A stretch of 64,000 nucleotides of DNA from Candidatus Poribacteria bacterium. GTDB lineage: Bacteria > Poribacteria > WGA-4E > PCPOR2b. Positions within the stretch are counted from its first letter, which is position 1, and every line of letters starts with the position of its first letter. Positions 9,142 to 19,123 of the stretch are shown piece by piece. The position numbers and the translations under genes are program-made. Location of the stretch: contig OZ242326.1 of assembly GCA_965208325.1 (NCBI GenBank), positions 1,824,001-1,888,000 of the forward strand, in the 5' to 3' direction. The notes beneath the pieces were generated by a model. That model was not told the origin of the DNA. It saw only the letters and a list, made by a program, of their open reading frames with translations, and did not search any database.

Positions 9142-9321
9142 ATTTTTCTGTTTCAAAAAATCGAACCCAGTGGGTATGACCGCCAATTCATCGCACTGAT
9201 TGAGCTAATGATATTGTTGATTCACCCGTCATCGGTAGTAAAGTTTAGATTAAAAGATTTCTATCCAGTCTCTCCTAAAATGCTGTACTATTTCCAATTT
9301 GGATTTGGCTTGCGCGTTGGC

Positions 9322-10611
9322 TCATTGGGGCTGTCTTTCGACCCCGATGGTGTGGACAATCAGGTTAACGCCCCATTCTAGCCACCTTTCATTCTCGGAA
9401 TTTTCTCCCCATTTTAATCCAATTCCAGCGGCGTCGTAGAACACGGCGGTTCGTCCATTGAGCCTAAGCGCATAAAATTCGCCGCGCTTTTTGACGACAC
9501 GCGGCGCCCCTTTCTTAAATTCAAAAAAGCTGCGGCAGACGGCATCCTTTCGATTTATCGGCACGAAATGTGCTTTCTGACCGACAATCTTCCAAACCTC
9601 GAATCGAATGGAGTTTGCCACGGGACCTTCAGTCCCCCATGCGGTGGATATGTCCGAAAAAAGGAGCGTTCCGCCGCTCTGCAGGTAGGTTCGCAGGTTC
9701 GCGCGCTCCGTTTCGGAGAAGGTAAACGCATCTCTGGCTGCGATGTAGACTAGCGGAATGCGGTGAATATCGGGCGAAGCAAGCGGCATCGTCTCAGGCA
9801 AAAGTTGCGTCCGTACCTTCGTCCATCTATTCATCGCATACACCAAGCGATTCAAAGCTTGGGCACGAATGGCATCTGCCGCGTCCTCGTATTGGACAAC
9901 GACGATATTGTAATACCCTGTAATCGCACGTCCGGAACCGCGTACCTCCACCTGAGCCGTGTTTCCCGCGTTACTTTGAATTTTGTCAAGGATGCCGGCG
10001 GCACGGCTTGGCGCAATTACCTTTCCCTCAGAAGCCATTCGTCCATCTATCGGCGAACTGCTCACTGACAAGTTGGGTTGGGAAACCGCATCCGCACTTA
10101 GCTCAACGTTCGTTTGGAATTCGGTCTCCGCCACCGGATTCAAGCTTACCCGAGCGGGGGAGTGCACGACTGTTGCTGATTGCGTTGCCAGGGGTCCCGT
10201 GCGAATCGGCACCGCAGCGACACGCCGGTTAATTGGATTCTTTCGATCCATGTCAACCGCGGCAATCTGCCGGTGCGGCCGTTTTCGGCGTTTGAGCGGC
10301 GATGGGTTCGGCAACGACACAACCGCCACTTGTATGGCAGACTCCGCAACTGGGTGCGGAGTAGGCAACATCGCCACCCATAAAAGGATAAAGGCGTTCA
10401 GCACAAGTGATAACAGCCAAGCTGTTGCGGCAATTCTCCGCCGACGGGCGACTGTAGGTAAGCGCGGCGCGGCTAACACTTCCTTTTTGCGTCCGGCAGT
10501 GAACTTGGGGCGTGACGGGAGCGATTCGGAATATTGGCGTACCTTACGGCGTCTACGCTTTGCCCTAGTGTAATTCAAGCGAGCAATTTGCCGATAACGT
10601 GAGTGATTCAT
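9322..10611 (-). CDS. Membrane-anchored DUF4159 domain protein
   Basis: Basic N-terminus, single TM, Pro/Ser-rich linker, C-terminal 'PLVYIAARDAFTFSETERANLRTYLQSGGTLLFSD...WGVNLIVH'. Confidence 0.75.
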   Translation of the reverse strand: MNHSRYRQIARLNYTRAKRRRRKVRQYSESLPSRPKFTAGRKKEVLAAPRLPTVARRRRIAATAWLLSLVLNAFILLWVAMLPTPHPVAESAIQVAVVSLPNPSPLKRRKRPHRQIAAVDMDRKNPINRRVAAVPIRTGPLATQSATVVHSPARVSLNPVAETEFQTNVELSADAVSQPNLSVSSSPIDGRMASEGKVIAPSRAAGILDKIQSNAGNTAQVEVRGSGRAITGYYNIVVVQYEDAADAIRAQALNRLVYAMNRWTKVRTQLLPETMPLASPDIHRIPLVYIAARDAFTFSETERANLRTYLQSGGTLLFSDISTAWGTEGPVANSIRFEVWKIVGQKAHFVPINRKDAVCRSFFEFKKGAPRVVKKRGEFYALRLNGRTAVFYDAAGIGLKWGENSENERWLEWGVNLIVHTIGVERQPQ

Positions 10612-10875
10612 AAGTTAAATCCAAAGACGCTTCTGTTTTTCGGTTCCCTGCCGTGAGTACCGCGTTTAACATGCTAGGAACGGTTGTAATGTTCCGCCGC
10701 CAGGTGGGTACTCGCGTCCCGAGTATTGGGTGCAAGGACATCGCCTTTGTAAACATCGTCAAGACTTTTCCGGTGCTGTATAATCCTGTTCCCTGAGAAA
10801 CGGATTGAAAAATCAATCCGTTTTCACGCTTCAGATTCTGATTGTGTCCATGTAGACGGCGAACAGAACAAGACA

Positions 10876-13800
10876 CTATTTTTCGCTTGCGTACGCGCGA
10901 TAATCCTCGGTGCGGAATATTGTCCACAGTTCTGTAGACAGATCATAACGACACACACCAGCAGAAAACGTACCTACCCACACGTATTTGCCGTCCAGGC
11001 TAATGCTGCGGATGTTGTTGTCGGATAAGCCATTATCAATGTTGAATCTATCCCACCGTTCTTCGGCGCGGTTGTATCGGCTGAGTCCTTCGCCAGCGGT
11101 GCCAACCCAGACGTATTTTTCGCCTGCAGTGATTGTACTGATGTCGTTTCCGATGAGTCCGTCTAACACTGTTAGCGTTCCCCACCGCCCTTGCGGCGCA
11201 TTGTACCGGAATACGCCTTGTCTCGTGCCGACCCACATGTTTTCGGGGTCAGAAGCCAGTGCAGTGATTTCGGCATTCTTAAGATATGAAGGCACTTCAA
11301 ACGTGTTCGCCGGCGCCAGTCGTTGAGAATCTATTTCAAAAACTTTCAATCCGATTTCCCGTCCAAGCCAGAGTTGATTGTTTAGAAACGCCATCGCGGT
11401 GCAGCCTACAATCCCTAAATCTTCGGGCGTGGTTTCTAAGCTTTCAGTCAATCCAGCCCCGGTCTGCACGCGTGTATGTTCAACGATTTGAGCGTTCGTT
11501 ATCAAAAGCCAAGAGTCCGCTTTCCGGTCATAAATTGCGATTTGGTTGTCGCTGAGCACCCAAACCTTACTGTCTCGCGGCTGAATATGGCGCACCCACG
11601 GGAGAAGTGGGTGGATTTCCCTAGCCGCATTTGCGGCTTTATCGTAGATGATGACGCCCGCGTCCGTGCCAAGCCAGAGCTGGCCGAGGACGGGGGCGAT
11701 TGCTCGCACGGTCGGCATCGGCGGGAATTCGACGTTTACTGTTATGAGCGGCGACGGCACAGTCGGGTCGCCGGGTTGCGGGGTTCTGCCTTCAACTATT
11801 CGTTGAATGATTGCAATCGCCTCCTCGCGCGCGACATCTGGATGGTAATCAACGTAAACCTTGCGCGTCCGGGCGGGATTGTTAGCTTGCAAAGCGGATT
11901 CAACCGCCCGTGCATTTTCATCTACACGCCGTTGTAAATTGGCAAACTCCTCATTTTCGGCGTCATCAAGTGGAAAACCTAAATTCGCAATTCGCCAAGA
12001 GTGCGAGATCTTGTCGTATTTGGCTAAACCGAGACGAGTACCCACCCACAGAAAATCGCCATCCGACGCAACGGCTTTGATGTTGTTGCTAATCAAAGCC
12101 GAGGCATTTGATTCGATGTCTTCGAGGGCTTCCGAATAGGTTGTCCAATCGCCCTTAACCCAGTGATGCCGCGCTAATCCGGCATTCGTACCGAACCAGA
12201 TTTCATCTCCGTCAATCGCGACGACCTGTACGTGGTTGGAGGGGAGCCCATGCGCCTCGGTGAAATCGCTGGACAGGTCAGTGATCTGATTGTAAAGCGT
12301 TATGCCGTCGGAGGTGCCAATCCAGTGATATTTCTCCATTGAACCGATGCTTTTGGCGTCGTTGGCAGCGAGGCCATCCGCCTGAGAATACGGCGTCATG
12401 GATTCGACCTCCTTGTCGTACATGGTGACGCCGCCCGGCGTGGCGAGGAAGATGTACTTCTCTTCGACATTTATTGAGGTGACGATGTTGTTGATCAAGC
12501 CGTCGTCGGTGGTGTAGACCGCCCACTGACTCTCATCGGGCATGTATTTCGCCGCTCCCTGATTTGTGCCGAACCAGACGTAATCCCCATCAACCGCGAC
12601 CGACCAAACAACATCATCGGGAAGCCCGTCTTTTTTTGTCAACGTTTGCCAGGTCCCCGCCTTGGTGTCGAATCGAGAGACACCGCTCTGTGTGGTTATC
12701 CACACGCTGTTTCCGTCTCGCGCGAGCGCGTTTACGCGATTATCGCAAAGCCCATCGGCAGTGGTTAGGGATGTCCACCTATCTAAGACCCAGTTGTATC
12801 GGCTGACACCGCCGTGCGTTCCGACCCACAGTTCGTTTTCCAACAGCAACAGACTCGACACGTAATTGTGTTGAAGCCCATCTCGATTTGTATAGTTGAG
12901 CCAAGTATCCGCCGTTTTATCGTACCGGCTGATTCCCCGCGGCGTGCCGAAAAAAGCGTAATCATCGTTGATGACGATGGCGCGAATATCTTTGGCGACA
13001 AGCACTTCTTCATGACCGCGCTCGCGGCTTGGGGCGTATGCCCACCACGAATCGTTGGGCTTGTTGTACCGGTAGATACCGCCATCCGTCGCAACCCAGA
13101 CGTATTCATGCGACGGGTGAATATCATGAATGCGTACTGTTGAAAGACCCGGCGCATCATCGTCCGTGAACTCCCGTGTTTGCCCGGATGCCAAGTCGTA
13201 CCGTATCAGATTTCGCCAACCACCGCCCCAAATTTCCCTGTCGTCCAGGGCGACGACATCAATACTCGCTTCGCGGCCGATTTCCAGCTTTTGCCAGTTT
13301 TCACCTGATTTATCGTCGTGTAGATAAACGCCTGTTTCAGTGGCGACACAGGTGGTACCGCCGGATTGATCTAAAGCCAGAATAGGCATGCCTTCAAAGG
13401 CATGCGTGGTGCGCCATTTCTGCGCCGATTTTTCGTACCGAGACAGCCCACTACCTGTGCCAACCCAGAGGTATTGCGAACCCGCGGCGAGGTCTGTGAT
13501 TTTGTCATTGGCTAACCCTAACCGACTTGAGAACGCGGTCCACTCTTGCGTCGAATTGTCGTATCGGTTTAAGCCGCGTGTGGTGCCGACCCAAATCGAC
13601 TTACCATCAACCCGGATTTTCGTAATTTCATCGGCAACCAATCCACTTTTCGCCGCGCGAAAGTAATCCCACGTTTTGTTGAATTTTTCGAACCGCGAAA
13701 TTCCACGGTCGCTGCCTATCCATACGTAGTTGCCCACGACATCAAGACAGGAGATAGCCCCGGCGCCCAAGCCATCTTCGTTAGTATAGGATTTCCACCG

Positions 13801-15225
13801 TTCGGTTTTTGGATTAAACCGACTTATTGCTTTCTGAGTCACCAGCCAAACGCCGTCGGTGTCCTCACCAACTGCCAGCACATACGCGGAGGGAAGCGCT
13901 TTCTCTTTACGGTACGTTTTCCACCGGCCGGAAACCGAGTGAAACTGTGAAAGTCCGTGTATAGTTCCAATCCAGATGGTGTTTCCCTTGATCGCGAGAG
14001 AATTAATTTCGTTTGATGCCAATCCCATATCTTGATGGAACCACTGCATGGTTCCGAGTTTTGTGTCGAAATTGAGGAGTCCGTTTCCCGTCGCCATCCA
14101 GACTCGGCCCGCCGAGATTGCCAGGGCTGCAATTTGATTCGGTATCAACTCCTGGGTATCACGATTCTGTACGGCGTTCGACGGGACGAAGACCTCCCAG
14201 CCGAGCGTTTTCCATGTGTCGACCTCCCGTTTGTTGAAAGCACGCATAGCGCGTTCATACTCCGAATCGGCAGCGCGCGCCTGAGCCCGCGTTGGATTCC
14301 GCGAAAATTGCCGATTTCTTGCCCGCACGGAGGCCGAGAAATGTTGCGGTTCTTTCAGTTTGCTATAGGCTTTATCCTCATTGGCGAGGTCGGTGGTGTT
14401 CATAAATTTCTTGCTGATAGTGCGGACAAGCCCCGATTTCGTCGCAATATAGACACTATCGCCATTCGCTTCAATGTCCGTAATTGAATCGCCCAGAATG
14501 TCCATAATCGAATTAGGCACTATCTCCCGGCCGGGGCGCGGGACCGAGCGATTGCCGCCCCGGGTGCTCACCCAAAAGGCACTCTGTTTGGTGAAATACT
14601 CCCACTTATCATACTTAACGTTATATCTCGATAGTCCGCCGGGGGTTCCCAGCCACACGTACTTTGAATCGTGATGAATCGCTGTTACGGACGGAGTTTT
14701 AATTCCCAAAAAGTCTGTGTATGAACGCCACCGATTCTTCTTCAATTGAAACGCACTCGCCCCCTTTTCAGTGCCCACCCAGATCCAGTCGCCGCGCGCT
14801 GAAATACACCGAATCTTGTTTGCAACCAGCCCGTCCTTGACGGTATAGCTTCTCCATTCGTCTCGGTTCATGTCAAAAACCGATAGCCCGGAATCTGTCC
14901 CGAACCACACGCGCCCGGACGGCTTTCGATCGAACACGCCCTGCTTCCACTCGATAGCGATGCAATTCACCTTATTGCTGACGAGCCCATCCTTCGTTGT
15001 GAAATAATCCCATGTTTTCGCGTCAAAATTGTACCTGCTGACGCCGGCACCGGTTGAAAGCCACAGATAATCACCGCCAATCTCGACCCCGCGCACATCC
15101 TCGCCAATTAACACCTCGCCCATCTCGTCTTCATCGGACTCTGTCTCCGGCACGTCCATGGTGAACAGTAGGCTCAACAAAATAAACATTTTGCATACAC
15201 ATTTGATTGACCTCGGAAAAGTCAT
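10876..15225 (-). CDS. Large secreted multi-beta-propeller protein (two-component regulator propeller-type repeats)
   Basis: Signal peptide; more than 25 repeats of 'W..yT..DGL..N.v..i..dgd.vWvGT..Glsry'; no kinase domain. Confidence 0.85.
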   Translation of the reverse strand: MTFPRSIKCVCKMFILLSLLFTMDVPETESDEDEMGEVLIGEDVRGVEIGGDYLWLSTGAGVSRYNFDAKTWDYFTTKDGLVSNKVNCIAIEWKQGVFDRKPSGRVWFGTDSGLSVFDMNRDEWRSYTVKDGLVANKIRCISARGDWIWVGTEKGASAFQLKKNRWRSYTDFLGIKTPSVTAIHHDSKYVWLGTPGGLSRYNVKYDKWEYFTKQSAFWVSTRGGNRSVPRPGREIVPNSIMDILGDSITDIEANGDSVYIATKSGLVRTISKKFMNTTDLANEDKAYSKLKEPQHFSASVRARNRQFSRNPTRAQARAADSEYERAMRAFNKREVDTWKTLGWEVFVPSNAVQNRDTQELIPNQIAALAISAGRVWMATGNGLLNFDTKLGTMQWFHQDMGLASNEINSLAIKGNTIWIGTIHGLSQFHSVSGRWKTYRKEKALPSAYVLAVGEDTDGVWLVTQKAISRFNPKTERWKSYTNEDGLGAGAISCLDVVGNYVWIGSDRGISRFEKFNKTWDYFRAAKSGLVADEITKIRVDGKSIWVGTTRGLNRYDNSTQEWTAFSSRLGLANDKITDLAAGSQYLWVGTGSGLSRYEKSAQKWRTTHAFEGMPILALDQSGGTTCVATETGVYLHDDKSGENWQKLEIGREASIDVVALDDREIWGGGWRNLIRYDLASGQTREFTDDDAPGLSTVRIHDIHPSHEYVWVATDGGIYRYNKPNDSWWAYAPSRERGHEEVLVAKDIRAIVINDDYAFFGTPRGISRYDKTADTWLNYTNRDGLQHNYVSSLLLLENELWVGTHGGVSRYNWVLDRWTSLTTADGLCDNRVNALARDGNSVWITTQSGVSRFDTKAGTWQTLTKKDGLPDDVVWSVAVDGDYVWFGTNQGAAKYMPDESQWAVYTTDDGLINNIVTSINVEEKYIFLATPGGVTMYDKEVESMTPYSQADGLAANDAKSIGSMEKYHWIGTSDGITLYNQITDLSSDFTEAHGLPSNHVQVVAIDGDEIWFGTNAGLARHHWVKGDWTTYSEALEDIESNASALISNNIKAVASDGDFLWVGTRLGLAKYDKISHSWRIANLGFPLDDAENEEFANLQRRVDENARAVESALQANNPARTRKVYVDYHPDVAREEAIAIIQRIVEGRTPQPGDPTVPSPLITVNVEFPPMPTVRAIAPVLGQLWLGTDAGVIIYDKAANAAREIHPLLPWVRHIQPRDSKVWVLSDNQIAIYDRKADSWLLITNAQIVEHTRVQTGAGLTESLETTPEDLGIVGCTAMAFLNNQLWLGREIGLKVFEIDSQRLAPANTFEVPSYLKNAEITALASDPENMWVGTRQGVFRYNAPQGRWGTLTVLDGLIGNDISTITAGEKYVWVGTAGEGLSRYNRAEERWDRFNIDNGLSDNNIRSISLDGKYVWVGTFSAGVCRYDLSTELWTIFRTEDYRAYASEK

Positions 15226-15961
15226 GTATGTCTCCCGTATTCGTTATTGGATCGTATTCGCTTATGGATAGATTAAGTTATTTGCCGACAGCCGGAACAT
15301 GCGCACAAGCCTGTGCGGGTTTAATTGACCAGCCCTCATCCGGATAACCGAATTAGACCGTAAACCCATCATACCACCATACGCTCCGGTTTTAGACGTT
15401 CGCCGGATACTGAGCAATAGTGATGCCAATATCATTCTCAAAGCTAACCGAAGCGATATTGAACGCGGGATTTATGCGGCCGGTGTGCAAGAATCAAGGG
15501 TTAGACTACACGACGAAGTTCACCGCGGAACGGCTCAACCACAAGAACAAGCGTAATATCAAGGGCAGCCGTGCTACCCCGTCACTGCAAAGATCTTTGA
15601 TTCGCCCTCGAATTTGGCAAGATGCAATTAAGAAATGTAGACAAGGTTTTACCGGAAGCGGGCGGTATTAGTGTGGTATAAATTAGGCACATCTGTTTTA
15701 TTGCCGATACACCTAATATTAGTTTACGAACCCTATCTACAGAACGGCTACCCGGAATCTCCCGACCTATAGATTACACTTTGCTACCGACTGTGGCATG
15801 GCCGTTTGTCTTCGAGGACAGTTCGCCTGAATTACGGCAACTGCGTAAGAGGATACCTGAAAAAGAACATCTCGACGTATTAAATTAGAACGGATTTAGG
15901 CGGCAATGTCAAGTTAAAAGCAGGATTTACCTATAATCGTAATCGAAGGGCACCGTGCATA

Positions 15962-18900
15962 CTACCTTCGTTTTTCGACAACGTAGTAAAGCACTGGTAG
16001 GACGAGCAGCGTCAAGAGCGTTGCGGTTATCATGCCGCCGCTGATGACGATTGCGAGCGGCTTCTGAAGTTCTGCGCCTGAACCGTGGGCGAGCGCAAGC
16101 GGCAGCATTCCTAACCCGGTGGTCAAGGCTGTCATCAACACTGGGCTGATGCGTTCTCCGGCGCCTTTCAACACGGCGTCGTACAGCGAGATGCCTTCCG
16201 CACGAAGGCTGTTTATGTGCGTCACCAATATAATGCCATTTCGCACAGCGATGCCGAACAGGAGGATGAATCCCACCATAGATGGAATACTCAAAACGCC
16301 GCCAGTGAGAAAAACGCTGATGACGCCGCCGATTAACGCGAGCGGCAGGTTCAGCATCACCAACAATGAAAGCCGCATTGAACCCGTCGCAAGATACAAC
16401 AGGATACAGATGCCGACGAGGACAAAGCCGGTTTGAACCAGAATCCGTTTTTGCGCCGCTTGTTGGCTTTCAAACTGTCCGCCGTAGGTGAGGAAATACG
16501 CTTCGGGCAGGTTAATATTTTCGTTAATCTCCCGTTGAGCTTGAGCAATAAAGTTGCCTAAGTCTCGATTTTGAACGTTACACTGAATTACAATCCGCCG
16601 AGATACGTTTTCTCGGTTGATGGTATTCGGCCCGAACCCGTATCCGACATCGGCAACCTGTTTTAACTGAACGAAAGTTCCGGCAGGCGTTCTTAGTTTT
16701 AAGTCTCCGACAGATTCAATAGTGTTGACAAGCGTCGGGTCAATTCGAATCACGAGCGCATACTGCCGTTGCCCTTGAATGACTTGACTCACCGCTTCGC
16801 CTTTGAACGCTGTCTCTGCGAAATGCGTCACATCTTCAACGCGTAAGCCGTAGCGAGCTGCTTCACGCCGCTTGACCTTGATTTGGAGTTGCTCGACTTG
16901 CGCCTGTTGCTCCACCCACAGGTCCACCACGCCGGGAATTTCCGCGATAACCGACCGAATCTCTTCGGCCTTTTGCCTGAGGGTGTTTAGATTTGGCCCA
17001 AACAGTTTCAACGCTACTTGTGCGTTTACACCCGACAGGAGGTGGTCAAGGCGATGCTGAATGGGTTGACCAATGGAGACGTGCACACCGGGGAAATTTT
17101 CCGCGGATAGCAAAGAACGCACTTCGGCAAGTAGTTCCTCACGAGTTTTATCTCTCTCATCGGGGGGAATAAAGTTCACTACCATTTCGTGGGTATCCAC
17201 GCTGTGAGCATGTTCATCGGTTTCTGCCCTCCCGGTACGGCTGCTGACGCTTGTCACTTCCGGAAGCGTCAGGAGTCTGGATTCCATCTCACGACCGATG
17301 CGCGTGGATTCTCCCAACGAAGTTCCCGGCGGCGAGTGGACCGCCACAGAAAAGGTTGCTTCATCCATAACCGGAAGGAATTCGCGGCCCAAGCGGGGTA
17401 TCGACATTATAGTCAAGGTAATCAGCAACAACGCCAACGCAACAACAAGCCACCGCAGCCTCATGACCCAAGAGAGAACAGGTCGATATGCCAGTTTAAT
17501 CCATACAACCACGGGGCTTTCCTTCGCGGCCGGAATTCCTGATTGGGATTCATTTTGCGAACGCCGCATTCGGAAACGTGTCAACAGCAGGTCACTTAGT
17601 ACGGGAACCACGGTTAGCGCGACGAGCAGCGATGCCGCCATTGAAATGACCACCGCCCAACCAAGGGGGCGGAACATACTGCCCTCCATACCGCTCAAGT
17701 TGAAAAGCGGTACGAAAACGAGGATGATAATCAGCGTCGCGAAGACAATTGATGACCGAATCTCATTACTTGCGCGTGTTACAACCTGCGTCGGCGTCTC
17801 GCCGTTTGCTTCGCCCCGGGCGCGGCGCCGGAAGTGCTCCTGCAATCGGCGGTAGATGTTTTCGACGTAGACAATGGCGTCGTCAACTACCATACCAACA
17901 GCGATCGCCAAGCCAGCGAGCGTCATGATATTGAGAGTACCACCCTGAGAAATCAGGGCAATGACAGCTATGATTAGAGAGAGCGGAATGGCTGTCAGTG
18001 TAATTAAGGCGGTGCGAATGTTGAATAGAAAGATAGCCAAGATTATAACGACGAGAATTGCGCCGTCACGCAACGCATCTTTAACAGTATCTACGGCGCG
18101 CCGTATCAGATCGGCTTGCGCATACTCGATTTTAACCTCAACGCCTTCCGGCAGCGACCTTTCCAGCGATTTTAGGACGGAAACAACTTTGTCGTTAAGG
18201 TTTAACGTATTGATCCCCGGTTGCTTAACCACCTTGCCCAAAACCGTCTCTTTCGCATTGCGGCTCCCTGCGCCGCGGCGTATTTCTGGCAGTTCGCCTA
18301 TCTTCAACCTCCCGATATCTTTGACCAGAATCGGCGTGCTGTGCCCCCGCACATCAATGACAACGTTTTCGATGTCGGCAACTGTAGAGATACGCCCCAA
18401 CCCGCGAATCATCAACTCGCGCGTATCCTTGATGAGAAATCCGCCCGCTGAGTTTTCGTTGCTTTTCGCAAGGGCATCTGCAACATCTTCCAGCGAAAGA
18501 TTATAGTTTACCAACTGGGCAGGATTAACGAAGACTTGGTATTGCTTCACGTAGCCGCCAATGTTAATTACATTTGCGATACCGCCCTGGGACTGGAGTT
18601 GATAGCGGATGACCCAATCTGCGAGATCCCGCATTTCCATTTCGTCAAATTCCCCGGTTTCATCAACAACAGCGTACTCTAAGATTTCGCCCAAAAGGGA
18701 GGAAGTCGGCAAGATAATCGGCGCATCCACGCCGTGAGGTAGATTCGGGGCAACGAGTTGAAGCCGTTCAGAGACCATTTGCCGCGCCAGAAAAATATCC
18801 ATTCCCCAATCAAATTCAACGAATACCAGCGACAGGCCAACGGCGGAGGAAGACCGAACTCGCGAGACATACGGTGCACCGTTCATCGCACTTTCGATTG

Positions 18901-19102
18901 GTAACGTGACTAAGGTTTCCATCTCCTCAGGAGACCAGCCGTGCGCCTCGGTAAGAATAGTAATGCGGGGCGGATTGATGTCGGGATAGACATCAATCGG
19001 CGCCGAACGGAATACCCGAAAGCCGATGACAACTATCACAATGGTACACGCGATTGTTAGGAGTCTATTTCTGAGCGAAATTTCCGTGATTTTCGACCAC
19101 AT
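15962..19102 (-). CDS. czcA: Heavy-metal efflux RND permease (CzcA/CusA family)
   Basis: 1046 aa; PIDVYPDI, GMVVDDAIVYVENIYRRL, GIAVRNGI, ERISPVLMTAL. Confidence 0.95.
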   Translation of the reverse strand: MWSKITEISLRNRLLTIACTIVIVVIGFRVFRSAPIDVYPDINPPRITILTEAHGWSPEEMETLVTLPIESAMNGAPYVSRVRSSSAVGLSLVFVEFDWGMDIFLARQMVSERLQLVAPNLPHGVDAPIILPTSSLLGEILEYAVVDETGEFDEMEMRDLADWVIRYQLQSQGGIANVINIGGYVKQYQVFVNPAQLVNYNLSLEDVADALAKSNENSAGGFLIKDTRELMIRGLGRISTVADIENVVIDVRGHSTPILVKDIGRLKIGELPEIRRGAGSRNAKETVLGKVVKQPGINTLNLNDKVVSVLKSLERSLPEGVEVKIEYAQADLIRRAVDTVKDALRDGAILVVIILAIFLFNIRTALITLTAIPLSLIIAVIALISQGGTLNIMTLAGLAIAVGMVVDDAIVYVENIYRRLQEHFRRRARGEANGETPTQVVTRASNEIRSSIVFATLIIILVFVPLFNLSGMEGSMFRPLGWAVVISMAASLLVALTVVPVLSDLLLTRFRMRRSQNESQSGIPAAKESPVVVWIKLAYRPVLSWVMRLRWLVVALALLLITLTIMSIPRLGREFLPVMDEATFSVAVHSPPGTSLGESTRIGREMESRLLTLPEVTSVSSRTGRAETDEHAHSVDTHEMVVNFIPPDERDKTREELLAEVRSLLSAENFPGVHVSIGQPIQHRLDHLLSGVNAQVALKLFGPNLNTLRQKAEEIRSVIAEIPGVVDLWVEQQAQVEQLQIKVKRREAARYGLRVEDVTHFAETAFKGEAVSQVIQGQRQYALVIRIDPTLVNTIESVGDLKLRTPAGTFVQLKQVADVGYGFGPNTINRENVSRRIVIQCNVQNRDLGNFIAQAQREINENINLPEAYFLTYGGQFESQQAAQKRILVQTGFVLVGICILLYLATGSMRLSLLVMLNLPLALIGGVISVFLTGGVLSIPSMVGFILLFGIAVRNGIILVTHINSLRAEGISLYDAVLKGAGERISPVLMTALTTGLGMLPLALAHGSGAELQKPLAIVISGGMITATLLTLLVLPVLYYVVEKRR

Positions 19103-19123
19103 TTATTTGCCTCCTTGGTGCAC

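Larger units (their letters stand above)
7457..9200 (-). repeat. Duplicated head cassette, copy 1 (MerC + His/Asp lipoprotein + RAPP leader ORF + promoter)
   Basis: Direct repeat of ~29997..31745; 7745-8070 is identical to copy 2 at offset 22540; upper boundary approximate. Confidence 0.95.

Noticed and set aside
15226..15961. ncRNA or riboswitch in long intergenic regions (also 22519-22735, 45404-45736)
   Set aside because: No cobalamin, NiCo, T-box or tRNA consensus recognisable by eye; an Infernal/Rfam scan would be decisive
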